DNA of 64,000 nt. Source: Candidatus Sumerlaeia bacterium (GTDB taxonomy: Bacteria; Sumerlaeota; Sumerlaeia; MVZB01). The notes beneath the pieces are model-generated. The model saw nothing but the letters and a program-made list of their open reading frames with translations. It did no database searches and was not told where the DNA came from. Position 1 is the stretch's first letter. Each line of letters opens with the position of its first letter. This document shows, one piece after another, positions 1-10,100 of the stretch. The stretch spans positions 105,003 through 169,002 of the forward strand of contig JBDKRG010000059.1 in the NCBI GenBank assembly GCA_039683515.1, read 5' to 3'. Both the position numbers and the translations under genes were made by a program.

Positions 1-1
1 G

Positions 2-961
2 CGCCCGGCCAACTACGTGGTGATCGCGCACGGCGACGGCCTCTACACGCGCTACTACCACCTGCGCAAGGGAAGCGTGGCGGTGAAGGCCGGCGACGCC
101 GTCCCCGAAGGCCGGCAGATCGGGCTGGTCGGCAGCAGCGGCAACTCCAATTTCCCGCACCTGGACTTCGCCTACATCGAAAACGACAAGGCGCTCGAAA
201 CGTTCCACGGCGCCGGCAACGCGCTCGAGTCGCGCTGGGTGAGCCAGCCCGCCATGCCGACGGGGCCGATCATCACCGATTTTGCGTTCTTCGACCCCAC
301 GGACAACGTCATCCTGCCCAACGATTTCAGGCGCACCGGCACGTTCCTGAAGAACACCATGATCGCATGGATGTATCACGGCGTGAATTTTCCGAGGAGT
401 TACACGGCCCATTTCACCTTCATCCGCCCGGACGGGACCACGGCCGCGACATACAGCGACACCGCGACGTTCGACCCGCTGAACTCCTACACGTGGGATG
501 CGTGGGACTATACGTTTTTCGACGCCACGCCGGTCGGCACGTGGAAGATTCAGATGCGGGTCGACGGCGTGCTCGTCCTGGAGGCGCCGTTCGCGTTCGT
601 CTCCAACCAGGTCTATATCGTCAACCGCCCCCCCAGGGCGATCACGGCCGAGTTCCGCCTGGCGACCGGGTCGATCGCCACGTGCGCCCCCGTGTGCGCG
701 ATCACGAGTCCGCACCTGTGCGACGACTACGACTACGGGACCGTGCGCTACACGTACCTGTGGAAGATCAACGGCAAGACCGTGCGCACCGTGATCAGCG
801 CGGGGATGTCGGACGTGCTGCCGAAGGGACTGGTCAAATACAACGACAAGCTCGAGTGCGTCATCACGCCGTCCGACGGCGTGATGGACGGGGCCCCCAC
901 GACCATTTCGAGGATCGAGAAGAAGAACGCCGCGGAGCCCGGCTGGCTGGGCGCCAGGTGA
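2..961 (+). CDS. M23/LytM-family peptidase domain protein, 5' end outside window, with ~230-aa C-terminal extension
   Basis: The frame is open from nt 2. 'VIAHGDGLYTRYYHL...GLVGSSGNSNFPHLDFAY' is the M23 HxxxD ... P-H-x-H core, but the last His reads Asp (PHLD). I recognise no motif in the C-terminal part. Confidence 0.7.
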   Translation, partial: RPANYVVIAHGDGLYTRYYHLRKGSVAVKAGDAVPEGRQIGLVGSSGNSNFPHLDFAYIENDKALETFHGAGNALESRWVSQPAMPTGPIITDFAFFDPTDNVILPNDFRRTGTFLKNTMIAWMYHGVNFPRSYTAHFTFIRPDGTTAATYSDTATFDPLNSYTWDAWDYTFFDATPVGTWKIQMRVDGVLVLEAPFAFVSNQVYIVNRPPRAITAEFRLATGSIATCAPVCAITSPHLCDDYDYGTVRYTYLWKINGKTVRTVISAGMSDVLPKGLVKYNDKLECVITPSDGVMDGAPTTISRIEKKNAAEPGWLGAR

Positions 962-1042
962 AACGACGCATGAGGAGTGATGAATGGTGAAAACGCCCTG
1001 AAGGGAAATCCCCCACGGGCGGGCCCTGTGAACAAATCTTTA

Positions 1043-1072
1043 TTGACAGAAGCACTCGGAATTTTTTATAAG
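1043..1072 (+). promoter_or_regulatory. sigma70-like promoter candidate for rplM-rpsI
   Basis: TTGACA (1043-1048), a 17-18 nt spacer, then TTATAAG (1066-1072). It sits in an AT-rich patch about 125 nt upstream of rplM. Confidence 0.5.
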
Positions 1073-1196
1073 GTTGCGTTCGTGCGGTTTGCGCGGAAAA
1101 GCAGGCTGGCCCGCCCTTGAGAGGCGGCGATGCACTTCCGGCGCGTGCAAACCAAGCTGAACCAAGCGTAGAGCACCTGAACAGGAAACTGAAGTC

Positions 1197-1646
1197 ATGG
1201 GTTACACCGCCTCCGCCAACGACAAGACACTTCAAGAGAAGTGGTATGTTGTCGACGCCGAGAACAAAATTCTCGGTCGCCTTGCCAGCGACATCGCCTA
1301 CGTCCTGCGCGGCAAGCACACCCCGCAGTACACGCCGCACGCCAACATGAAGACACACGTCGTCGTGGTCAACGCCGAGAAGATCCGGCTGACCTCCGAC
1401 AAGATGCGGACGAAGACCTACCACCGTCACACCGGTTGGCCCGGCGGCCACCACTCGATGACGGCCGAACAGCTCAACGCGCGCAAGCCGGGCGAGCTGG
1501 TTCGCATGGCAGTCCAGGGCATGATCCCGAAAAACCGGCTGGGCCGCGCGACGATGACGCGCCTGCGCATCTTCCCGGGCCCGGACCACACGCATCAGGC
1601 GCAGAAACCCGAACCGCTGCCCGCTCGCACCGTGGCGGCCATGTAA
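1197..1646 (+). CDS. rplM: 50S ribosomal protein L13
   Basis: 'KWYVVDAENKILGRLAS...LRGKHTPQYTPH...VVVVNAEKI...YHRHTGWPGG...GMIPKNRLG' is typical L13. It is followed by S9 as in the conserved operon. Confidence 0.97.
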   Translation: MGYTASANDKTLQEKWYVVDAENKILGRLASDIAYVLRGKHTPQYTPHANMKTHVVVVNAEKIRLTSDKMRTKTYHRHTGWPGGHHSMTAEQLNARKPGELVRMAVQGMIPKNRLGRATMTRLRIFPGPDHTHQAQKPEPLPARTVAAM

Positions 1647-1711
1647 ATGCAGTAGCCCGCACGTAAGCAAGGGCTTCAAATTTTGAACCGATTACAAGCA
1701 GGGGTTAAACA

Positions 1712-2101
1712 ATGGAGCAATACCTGGGAACCGGAAGGCGCAAATGCTCGGTGGCGCGCGTCTACCTTCGGCCCGGCCGCGGCCGCATCGTCATCAATGG
1801 CAAGGCCCCCGAGGTCTACTTCGCCAAGCACCCGACCATCGAGGACACGTTCCGCGCCCCGCTGCGCGAGACGCACACGATCAGCAAGTATGACGTGATC
1901 GTCACCGTCGACGGCGGCGGCGTGCACGGCCAGGCCGACGCGATCCGCCACGGCATCTCCCGCGCCCTCCAGGTCGCCAACCCCGCCCACCGTCCCGTCC
2001 TCAAGTCGCTCGGGTTCCTGACCCGCGACCCGCGCGAGAAGGAAAGGCGCAAATACGGCCTGGTCAAGGCCCGCAAGGCGTTCCAGTTCTCCAAGCGCTA
2101 G
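1712..2101 (+). CDS. rpsI: 30S ribosomal protein S9
   Basis: '[26 protein letters not shown]...[19 protein letters not shown]...[25 protein letters not shown]' is canonical S9, including the C-terminal KR. Confidence 0.97.
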   Translation: MEQYLGTGRRKCSVARVYLRPGRGRIVINGKAPEVYFAKHPTIEDTFRAPLRETHTISKYDVIVTVDGGGVHGQADAIRHGISRALQVANPAHRPVLKSLGFLTRDPREKERRKYGLVKARKAFQFSKR

Positions 2102-2124
2102 GCCGAACGCAACACTCATTACAA

Positions 2125-2156
2125 AGCCCCGGCTCCAGCCGGGGCTTTTTGTTTTT
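2125..2156 (+). terminator. rho-independent terminator after rpsI
   Basis: Stem AGCCCCGGC / GCCGGGGCT with loop TCCA, followed by TTTTTGTTTTT. Confidence 0.85.
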
Positions 2157-2321
2157 ATTGTACCCATGCCGCGCAGGGGGTCGCCGACGAGCGCGAGCTC
2201 ATGGGACGCGGATGACGCGGATCTGACGGATTTTCCCGCACGGTTTATTTACATACTTCTTACATCCGCGTGACAAGCTTTGTGGCATGATTGCTTCAGG
2301 CTTGGGAGAAGGGAGATTAGC

Positions 2322-2798
2322 ATGAAACGCTTCATTTTCGTCGGGCTCGGACTGATGTGGCTGTGCGGCTGCTCCGGCAGCGCGGACCGGATCGAATCGT
2401 CCCGGAAGACGGACGCAACGCCCGCGCCGGAAACAACCCCGGCTCCGGCGCCAATCCTCAATTCGCTCCAGATGGCCGCCAGCGAAACCTATCGGAAATA
2501 CATGACGGCTGCCGTCGGCGCCGGCGCCAAACACCCGGCCACCGAGATCCCGCCGGCATATTGGGCGGACGCCATCAAAGAACTCAAGCCGATCCGGGTC
2601 TATACCCACCGGGTCAACATCGTCGTCGTTCAGCGCGTCAATGAAGAGGTCGAGGAAGGCAAGTATATCTACATCCCGATTTCCTCGTACCTGCCCGAGA
2701 ACGGCGTGGACGGGTTCACGGTGACGCCCAACCCGCATCAGGGCAACACGTACCAGCTCGGCACCGGCGTCTTCGACTACAGCCGCCGCCTAAAATAA
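2322..2798 (+). CDS. hypothetical lipoprotein
   Basis: The start was chosen at the ATG preceded by GGGAGAAGGGAG. 'MKRFIFVGLGLMWLCGCSGS' is a signal peptide plus lipobox (L-C-G-C). Confidence 0.6.
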   Translation: MKRFIFVGLGLMWLCGCSGSADRIESSRKTDATPAPETTPAPAPILNSLQMAASETYRKYMTAAVGAGAKHPATEIPPAYWADAIKELKPIRVYTHRVNIVVVQRVNEEVEEGKYIYIPISSYLPENGVDGFTVTPNPHQGNTYQLGTGVFDYSRRLK

Positions 2799-2830
2799 GC
2801 CCCTATTTTTAATATTGAGGCACTCCTCGC

Positions 2831-2889
2831 ACTCGTGCTCGTGCTCGTGCGTCGTGCTCGTGCGTCGTGCTCGTGCTCGTAATCGTAAC
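2831..2889 (+). repeat. hexamer composite repeat (CGTGCT)n(CGTAAT)n, copy 1
   Basis: actcgtgctcgtgctcgtgcgtcgtgctcgtgcgtcgtgctcgtgctcgtaatcgtaacc. It lies in a convergent intergenic spacer. Confidence 0.9.
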
Positions 2890-3032
2890 CTGGCGCAGCC
2901 AGAACCAAATTGCCGTTCCTTAAGAACCGCGTCAGCGGTTCCGAAATCATCGGATTTTTTCCGTGTCCTCTGGATTTCTGTGACCTCTGTGTATCGAAAA
3001 TCGAATCGCCCTGGTCCATCGCGCAGGACGCG

Positions 3033-4889
3033 CTACTTGACGTAAACCGACAAATCCTTCCCCTTCCAAGCCGCCGTCCACCCCGGTCCCGCGATTTTGT
3101 CGACGTTGCGATCCATCAGGTTCAGCACGACGAGCGCCTGGGCGTCGAACGGCTCGCGGCGCGGGATCAGGTTGCGGTCGCGGCCGTTGTCCTCGAGCAT
3201 GTGCTCGATCCTCACCTGCCCCGCCTCGGGCTCGCCCAGCATCGTCCAGACGGGGTACTCCCACGTGTCGCCGCCGAGAACGAGACCGACGCGCGCGATC
3301 CCTCGCTCGCGAATCACGTTCGTGACCGCCTCGTACTGCCCGCGCCAGTCGGGCTGGGCGATGAACACGAGTTCGCCCGGCGGCGAGGCGAAGATGTTCG
3401 GTTTCCCGAAGAGCGGCCGGAAGTGGTTCCAGCCGAGCCACCAGGTTGAGGCGGCGATGATCACGATCATCGCGCCCGCGGCAAGCCGGCGGAAGCGGGT
3501 CTCGCCCAGCATGAGGCCCGCCAGCGGCGACCACAGCACAAAGAGCGGCAACTGAAGGCGGCTGTGCCACGGCTGCCACTTCAGGTAGAAGCAGAAGATC
3601 AAGGCGCCGCAGATCGCCACGGCCGCCACCGCCGCGCGGCCGCCCCGGGGGCGGGTTTTGACCAGCCAGGCGAGGCCGGCGAGGATCAGGATAAAATGCA
3701 GCGGGTTGCCGGCCTGGTCCTCGTTCGTGGAGAGCTTCAGGATCCGGAACCTGTCGCGGAGGAATGTGGTCGCGGGGTCGTCGGGATCGGCGCCGATCGC
3801 GCGGTGCGCCATGCGGACGGCGTTTTCGGTCTTCCGGTTCACGGACTCCCACGGCGTCGACAGGTGGATGGCGGCGTTGCGCATGAGGTTCGAGAGGATC
3901 GTGCGCGGCCCGTGGGTCTCGTTGTTGTAGGAGAAGAGGTTGGCCTGGTGCAGCTGGCCCGGGCCGAGCGGGTCCCCATAGCGGCCGTAATTGCGCGCCC
4001 AGTGGCCGGCGTTCAGAACCAGGACGACCAGCGCGACGATCGCCAGCTGACGCAGGCGTTTTTCCCCGATAAACCGCGCCAGAATCCAGACGCCGAGCGG
4101 GGCCGCGAACAGCCAGGCCGTCCCCTTGGTCAGCAGCGCCAGGCCGAGGCAGGCGCCGATCATGACCGGCGAGGATCCCGGCTCGAGCAGCAGCGCCGCG
4201 AGGCAAACCAGCCAGAACGCGGTGACATAATCGTTCTGCGTCGAGGTCGACTGGAGGATGCCCATCGGCAGGGTGGCGCAGAACACGGCGGCGGCGATCT
4301 GGCCGCGAACGGACGCGCCGAGCCGGCGCGCGATGCGCGAAACCACGATCGCCGAGCCGACCATCGCCGCCCACTGGACGAGGCTGACGAGCCGGTCGCC
4401 GCCGGCCAGGAGCTTCAGATGCAGGATCGTCATCTCGGCCCAGGGTGGCTGATACAGCTGGCGGTCGTTGCTGGTCGGGTAATGCGCGAGCGAGCGGTTC
4501 TGGATCCAGTGCGACACGCGCCCGAGGTGATACGTCATCGAGTCCCAGTTGTTGGGCGGGGCGATCAGATCGATGAACAGCGTGACAAACGCGATGCAGG
4601 CGATGGCCGCCAGGAGCGCTCCGGCGAACGGGCAGGCGGGCCGTTGCGCCGGCGCGACCGGCTTCCACGCGCGGATGGCGAAACCGGCGGCGGCGATCGC
4701 GGCAACGGCCCAGACGGCGAGGATCGGGAAGAGCGCGAGGGCGTGGAGGCCGCTCAGCGCCTCGGACGCGATCACGACGCAGACGGCGACGGCGGCCGCC
4801 GCGCGGATGAGCGCCATGCGCACATCCCCGGACCGGCCGAAAGCCAGCCACAGCATGGCGAAAACGAGGAACGGGATGAAACCAGGCAT
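3033..4889 (-). CDS. polytopic membrane protein, GT-C-fold glycosyltransferase-like (ArnT/PMT/PIG-V style)
   Basis: About 12 hydrophobic segments. It has a periplasmic-loop motif 'PPNNWDSMTYHLGRVSHW' reminiscent of the acidic-loop motif of GT-C enzymes, and a ~110-aa soluble C-terminus. Confidence 0.5.
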   Translation of the reverse strand: MPGFIPFLVFAMLWLAFGRSGDVRMALIRAAAAVAVCVVIASEALSGLHALALFPILAVWAVAAIAAAGFAIRAWKPVAPAQRPACPFAGALLAAIACIAFVTLFIDLIAPPNNWDSMTYHLGRVSHWIQNRSLAHYPTSNDRQLYQPPWAEMTILHLKLLAGGDRLVSLVQWAAMVGSAIVVSRIARRLGASVRGQIAAAVFCATLPMGILQSTSTQNDYVTAFWLVCLAALLLEPGSSPVMIGACLGLALLTKGTAWLFAAPLGVWILARFIGEKRLRQLAIVALVVLVLNAGHWARNYGRYGDPLGPGQLHQANLFSYNNETHGPRTILSNLMRNAAIHLSTPWESVNRKTENAVRMAHRAIGADPDDPATTFLRDRFRILKLSTNEDQAGNPLHFILILAGLAWLVKTRPRGGRAAVAAVAICGALIFCFYLKWQPWHSRLQLPLFVLWSPLAGLMLGETRFRRLAAGAMIVIIAASTWWLGWNHFRPLFGKPNIFASPPGELVFIAQPDWRGQYEAVTNVIRERGIARVGLVLGGDTWEYPVWTMLGEPEAGQVRIEHMLEDNGRDRNLIPRREPFDAQALVVLNLMDRNVDKIAGPGWTAAWKGKDLSVYVK

Positions 4890-4974
4890 CAGTTCACAAA
4901 TTTCAATGATCGATCCGATCCATCGGTTCGAGTTGTGTTAAGCCCCAAATCGCATTCCGCATTCGTCTTGCAAC

Positions 4975-5007
4975 AATCCGCAATCCGCAATCCGAAATCC
5001 GCAATCC
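4975..5007 (+). repeat. heptamer tandem repeat AATCCGC x ~4.5
   Basis: aatccgcaatccgcaatccgaaatccgcaatcc. It abuts the stop codon of the 5007..5894 gene. Confidence 0.9.
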
Positions 5008-5894
5008 TAAAGCGCGAGTCCCCAGAGGCCGACGGTGATGCCGGCGCCGAGCATCTCGCCGAAGAGGATCAGCAGCGCGATCGGGATGAACTGGATCGCG
5101 CCCTGGCGCCGGCGATGCTCGCGCACGCTCGCCTGCGCGAGCATCCCGTACATGAACGGCAGGATGAGGCCCAGCATGACCCGCGCCAGCAGGGTGGCGA
5201 TCGTCTCGTTGCGCAGCGAGCCGATCATGGCGCGCATGCCGAGGGGCATGTAGACCACGCCGGTCACGATCGAAAACAGGATGAAGACGGCGCGCAGGGC
5301 CACGCCGATGCACACGAACCGGCCAGCGCGCAGGATGCCCTCGTCCCCCTTCTCCTTCTTCCAACACGCAAGCTCGTTGAGGCCGAGCATCGCGGCGTGC
5401 ATCAGGATCGCGCCGCAAAGCAGCCCGCCGCCGATGGAGAAAAAGATCGCCGGCCGGGGCAGCAGGACGCGCTCGGGCCAGCCGGGATATTTCTGCACGA
5501 AAAACAGGCTCAGCGCCCAGGCGGCCGCCGCGCTCAGGCCGAGCTGAAACAGCAACGTGCCGCCGCGCAGGATGCCGTGCCGGCCGGGATGGCCGCTCAT
5601 GCTGCGCGCCACGACCGCCGACCACGCCAGCCCGCACCCCGCGCCGATGGCGAGGATCAAGGACTTCTCGAACGGCGCGATCGCGCGCCACGCGTGCATC
5701 AGGAGCGACATGGCTGCGACCGTCACGAGCGCGAAGAGGCCGCCGACGACGGCGCCCGGCCGCTGCTCGTCGCGCCTGAGCGCGAAACTGAACAGGGCTC
5801 CGCCGAGCGCGATTTCGAACAGGAAGATCGAGAGGGCGATACGCATGGAACCGGCGACTCGTGGGGTAAAGGGGGGCTGGACAGCGGCGGACAA
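5007..5894 (-). CDS. hypothetical polytopic membrane protein
   Basis: Eight or more hydrophobic helices and no recognisable motif. The start is uncertain (TTG at 5894 or ATG at 5846). Confidence 0.5.
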   Translation of the reverse strand: MSAAVQPPFTPRVAGSMRIALSIFLFEIALGGALFSFALRRDEQRPGAVVGGLFALVTVAAMSLLMHAWRAIAPFEKSLILAIGAGCGLAWSAVVARSMSGHPGRHGILRGGTLLFQLGLSAAAAWALSLFFVQKYPGWPERVLLPRPAIFFSIGGGLLCGAILMHAAMLGLNELACWKKEKGDEGILRAGRFVCIGVALRAVFILFSIVTGVVYMPLGMRAMIGSLRNETIATLLARVMLGLILPFMYGMLAQASVREHRRRQGAIQFIPIALLILFGEMLGAGITVGLWGLAL

Positions 5895-5905
5895 CGCCCC
5901 CAGTC

Positions 5906-6859
5906 ATGATAATGAAAAAATCGGCCGGCGCGAGGAGAATTATGGGAATGATGGGAAGCATCGGGAAGAAACGATGTGCTAGGATGCATCCCATGGACCC
6001 GGCCGGCCAGATCCAGCTTGCGCCCGACGATGCGGCCCAGCCGTGGTCGAAAAACCTGCTTTCGGTCTGCGTGGAGGCGCTGGGGCTCGTGCAGAAACGC
6101 TCCGGGCTCGCGCTCACGGGGCCGCTGCGCGTCCTCACACGGGCCGACGAACGGCAACTGCGGCAGTATCTCGGGGCCGACATCGCGCACGTCGTCGCGG
6201 TCGCGATCCCGGCGCGGCGCGAGATCGTGATCGTGCGCGCCGCCCTCTTCGCGCAGTCGCCCGAGGAACAGCTCCAGACGCTCGTCCACGAGATGACGCA
6301 CCTCGTCATCGCCCAGAACATCCCCGGCCGGCTCCCCGCATGGCTCGAGGAAGGGCTGTGCATGATCTTCGCCAACCAGCAGGGCCTCGGCTTCACGTGG
6401 CGGCTGACGGTGGCCGGCTCGCTCGGCGGCGTGCTGCCGATCGAAGAGCTCGAGAAGACGCTCCTCATCGGCGGCGACCTCCAGTCGCTCGCCTATGCGC
6501 AAAGCCTGTCGATGACGCAGTTCCTCGTCCGGCGCACGCTCGCCGAGGAAGGCCGGGGAGGGGACTCCCCCGCCGAGTTCATGCGGCTGCTGGCCGACCC
6601 GGCCGAAGGGCCCCGGATGCTCGGGGCGATGGCGAACCGGAACTGGGCGGCCTCGCTCGACCGGCAGTGGCGCGGCGAGCACCGCTCGGTCTGGAACTGG
6701 ATCGCGATCCTCACCGGCTCGTCGGTGCTGTGGGTGATCACGACGCTGCTGTTCCTCGTCGCGTGGTGGCGCAAGCGCAGGATGAGCGAACTCGCCCGCG
6801 AGAAAATGGACGACGACGAGGATCCGGTATACAGCGAAGATGAATTTGACGAGCGGTGA
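5906..6859 (+). CDS. peptidase MA-like zinc metalloprotease with C-terminal TM anchor
   Basis: 'LVHEMTHLV' (HExxH) followed about 20 aa later by 'WLEEGL' (third ligand Glu). C-terminal TM 'WNWIAILTGSSVLWVITTLLFLVAWW' and an acidic tail. The start is uncertain (several in-frame Met up to 5984). Confidence 0.6.
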   Translation: MIMKKSAGARRIMGMMGSIGKKRCARMHPMDPAGQIQLAPDDAAQPWSKNLLSVCVEALGLVQKRSGLALTGPLRVLTRADERQLRQYLGADIAHVVAVAIPARREIVIVRAALFAQSPEEQLQTLVHEMTHLVIAQNIPGRLPAWLEEGLCMIFANQQGLGFTWRLTVAGSLGGVLPIEELEKTLLIGGDLQSLAYAQSLSMTQFLVRRTLAEEGRGGDSPAEFMRLLADPAEGPRMLGAMANRNWAASLDRQWRGEHRSVWNWIAILTGSSVLWVITTLLFLVAWWRKRRMSELAREKMDDDEDPVYSEDEFDER

Positions 6860-6954
6860 GCGAGAGGCGGGATGGCGACGGCCTGACTGGAAGTGACATG
6901 ATTTTACGGGCGGTCCCGCCGGCGGGCGTTTTATGGATGCCGCTTCGCGCCGAA

Positions 6955-6983
6955 TTGACATACTGACGGGACGTTATCTAATT
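6955..6983 (+). promoter_or_regulatory. promoter candidate upstream of rhomboid fusion gene
   Basis: TTGACA (6955-6960), a 17-nt spacer, then CTAATT, in an AT-rich leader. Confidence 0.35.
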
Positions 6984-7102
6984 CGCTTATTTTACTTTCA
7001 CAAAAGCATCAAAGATTCAGCCAAATCAACGAAATAGCCTTGCGTCAAAGCGGCCGATTCACCAAGATAGCAACATGCAATAAGCATCGGGAGGAGTGCC
7101 CC

Positions 7103-10100
7103 GTGGCCGACTTGCAACGTGCTGTTGTTTTTCCAATCCTGATCCCGCTCGGGACGACCGCCCCGAGTTCACGCCGGACGTTCGCAACCTATACGCTGAT
7201 CGCGATCAGTTTCTTTGTTTTTCTAGCAGGTTTCAGATCCGCTCTCGTCAGCCAGGCGCTCGCGTTCTACACGAACGACGACTGGTATCGATACCTGACC
7301 TATGCGTTCGTGCACGAGTCGTCGTGGTCGGGACTGGCGCACCTGTGCATGAACATGTTCTTCCTGTGGATTTTCGGCAGCCCGCTCGAGACGCGGATGG
7401 GCTGGTGGCGCTTCATCCTGCTCTACCTGGCGTGCGCGGCGGCGGGGGCGGCGGTGTGGGACCTGTTCCAATCGCTGCCCAACGTCAAGCTGATCGGCTC
7501 GTCGGGGGCGGTGTGGGGGTTGATCGGCTCGTATCTCATCCTGTGGCCGTTTTCGTCGGTCATCTGCTACTTCGTCCTGACGGCCCTCTTCTTCCCCTTT
7601 TACGCGACGACCTACCACGCGCTGGCCGTTTTCTTCCCGATCGTCTATTACGTCCTGGCCGGGCTGATTTACTTCATGGCGTGGAGGTTCGACATCAAGC
7701 TGCCGTTCGGGCCCGTCGCCTGGCTGGCGCACCTGGGCGGCATCGCGGCCGGCCTGGGCCTGACGGCGGCGTTCTACGGGTTCCACGGCTTCACCATCGA
7801 GGCCGACGAGGAGGAGTCGCTCCAGAGGAAGCTCCAGCTCCGGATCGACCGGCAGAGGCTCGGGTTCGCCCCCGACGGCCCCAAGGTCGACGTTGCCGAG
7901 CCGCGGCCGGTCAAGCCGATGTCGGCCAGGCTGATGCCGCTGCATGAGGCGGTCGTCAACGGCGACCGCGAGCGCGCCGTCAAGCTCTGGCACGAGCTGC
8001 TCAAGCCGGCGGAGGGGGCCTCCCTCCTGCCCGGGCCGCAGATGGACCTGGCGCGCATCCTGATCCGCGAGGGCGAAACCGGCGAGGCGACCGAGGCGCT
8101 CGAACGGCTCGTCAAGGCGCATCCGGAGTGCGAACTGGCGACGATGGCGCGGTTCGAGCTGGCCACCCTGCTGGTCGATGCCGCCGAATTTGCCCGGGCC
8201 GCCGCGTTCCTGCGCCAAATCGAGTCCAACGCGCCGCTCGACCTGAGCCGGGAGATCAAGCAGCTTCGGCGCCGGATACCGGACCCGTTTCTGGAAGAGC
8301 CGGCCGCCCCCCGGGCCTCGACGGAGCTGTTCGAACCCGGGTCGGAGGAGACCCCCGGCTCCCCGACGATCGACGATTTCATCCGCGCCGCGGGGGGTGG
8401 GCCTTCCCGCAGCGCCGACAGCCTGTTCGGCAACCCCGAAGACACCGACGCGTTCAAGATGCAGGTCGGCAAGGACGCACCGCCCCAATCCAGGCACCGC
8501 CTGGACCAGACGACGCCGCCCATTTTCCTCGACGCCGAGGAGAAGAAGGCCAACGAGCTGTTCGGCGACCCGAACGATACCGACGCGTTCAAGATGAACA
8601 CCGGCAAGGAGATCCCGCTCCAGCCCGGCCTGATCCACGAGGACACCACGCCGCCGGCGATGCTCGAGGCGGAGGAGGCGCGCGCCAAGGACCTGTTCGG
8701 CGACCCCGAGGACACCGGCTCGTTCCAGATGAACGTCAAGCCGGATGCGCCCAGGTCCGTGCCGCTGACCCGGGACCAAACAGACCCGCCGATCCTGTTC
8801 GATACCGATCCGGGCGAGGCGGCGCCCCCGCCCGATCCGCGCCCGGCCCGCGGGAGCGAGCCGCTCGAAGCCGCCGGCGAACTGTTCGGCAACCCCGAGG
8901 ACACCGGGGCGTTCGAGATGAACATGAAGCCGGATGCGCCGAGGCTCAAGCCGCTCACCAGGGACGACACCCGGCCGCCGATCATGCTCGATACCAACCC
9001 GGACGAGGCGGCGCCCCCGCCCGATCCGCGCCCGGCCCGCGGGAGCGAGCCGGACCAACCGGCGCCCTCGCCCGAGCCGCTGGCGCCGATCTTCCTCGAC
9101 GACGACGATTTGCTCAGCGTCCCGCCCCCGGAGGAGAAGGCGGCCGAGCCGTCACCGAAGCCGTGGGAGCCGAGACCGGCGCAGCCCGAGCCGGCCGCGC
9201 CCGAGCCGAAACCGCGGCCGGAAAAATTCATTTTCCGCTCGTCGATCCTGCCCAAGCACGAGATCAAGCAGCCGCTGGCGCCGGTGCAGTCGAGCATCAA
9301 CCTGGAGCCGCTCGACATCCAGCTGGAACGGCTCAAGACCTCGATCACGCCGGCGAGCGGCCCCAGCCCCGAGGTCTTCATCGGCGACATCACGAATTTC
9401 AGCCCGCAGCCGGAGACGAGCGACACGCACGACAAGCGCCTCGTCCTGCGGCGTGGGGTGAAGTACGCGGCGATCCTGACGCCGGGCTGCCCGGTCGACA
9501 TCCCGCTGGTGTGCGCGGCCATCGCGCCCGTGCTGGGGCTCAGCCCCGACGGGACGCACCACGCGCTGCTGCGCCGGCGCGGGATCCTCGCCGAGGATCT
9601 GACCGCGTCCGAGGCCGAGGCGCTCGCCAAGGACCTCAGCGCCAACGGCCAGTCGGTCTCGGTCGTGGCGTGCGACGACCAGCTCGAGTTCGGACCGCCG
9701 CAGGACGTCCTGACCTACAGCGACGAGGGGGCGTCGGCGCGGTTCTCGATTTCCAACGAGGCCCTGACCTGCCGCTGGAGCCAGGCCGTATTCTTCGCCG
9801 CCGGGCTCGTGCGGCTCGACCCGACGGCGCCCGGCCGCGCGCTGATCGACCTGTTCTTCGCGCAGCCGCGCGCGCACCTGCGGATCTGGGAAAACACGTT
9901 CGTCTACCCCGACCGTGTCGTCGTCGCGGCCAAAGGGATGGAAAACCAGCGCCAGAGCGATTCCGACCACGGCTTCCTGCGCCGCGAATGGTGCTTCCGC
10001 TCGATGGCGGCCGAGATCGACACCCACGGCCGCAACGCCGTCCGCACGCGCAGCTTCAGCTCGTGGCTCGACCTGGCGACGCCGCTGCCGACGGCCCATT

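Noticed and set aside
2831-2889. Possible CRISPR arrays at the short tandem repeats (also at 22605, 27786, 37484, 43449, 59251).
   Set aside because: The units are 6-10 nt with no unique spacers, the arrays are under 75 nt, and no cas genes are present. They are not CRISPR.
2947-5909. Very long ORFs antisense to or out of frame with the GT-C and membrane genes (e.g. 2947..4851 minus, 3564..5909 plus). There are many similar ones elsewhere (7223..9058, 10150..12036, 37576..40467, 50194..53742, 60900..63176).
   Set aside because: Their translations are Arg/Pro/Ala/Gly-rich low-complexity strings typical of shadow ORFs in GC-rich DNA. Each overlaps a gene with clear family motifs.
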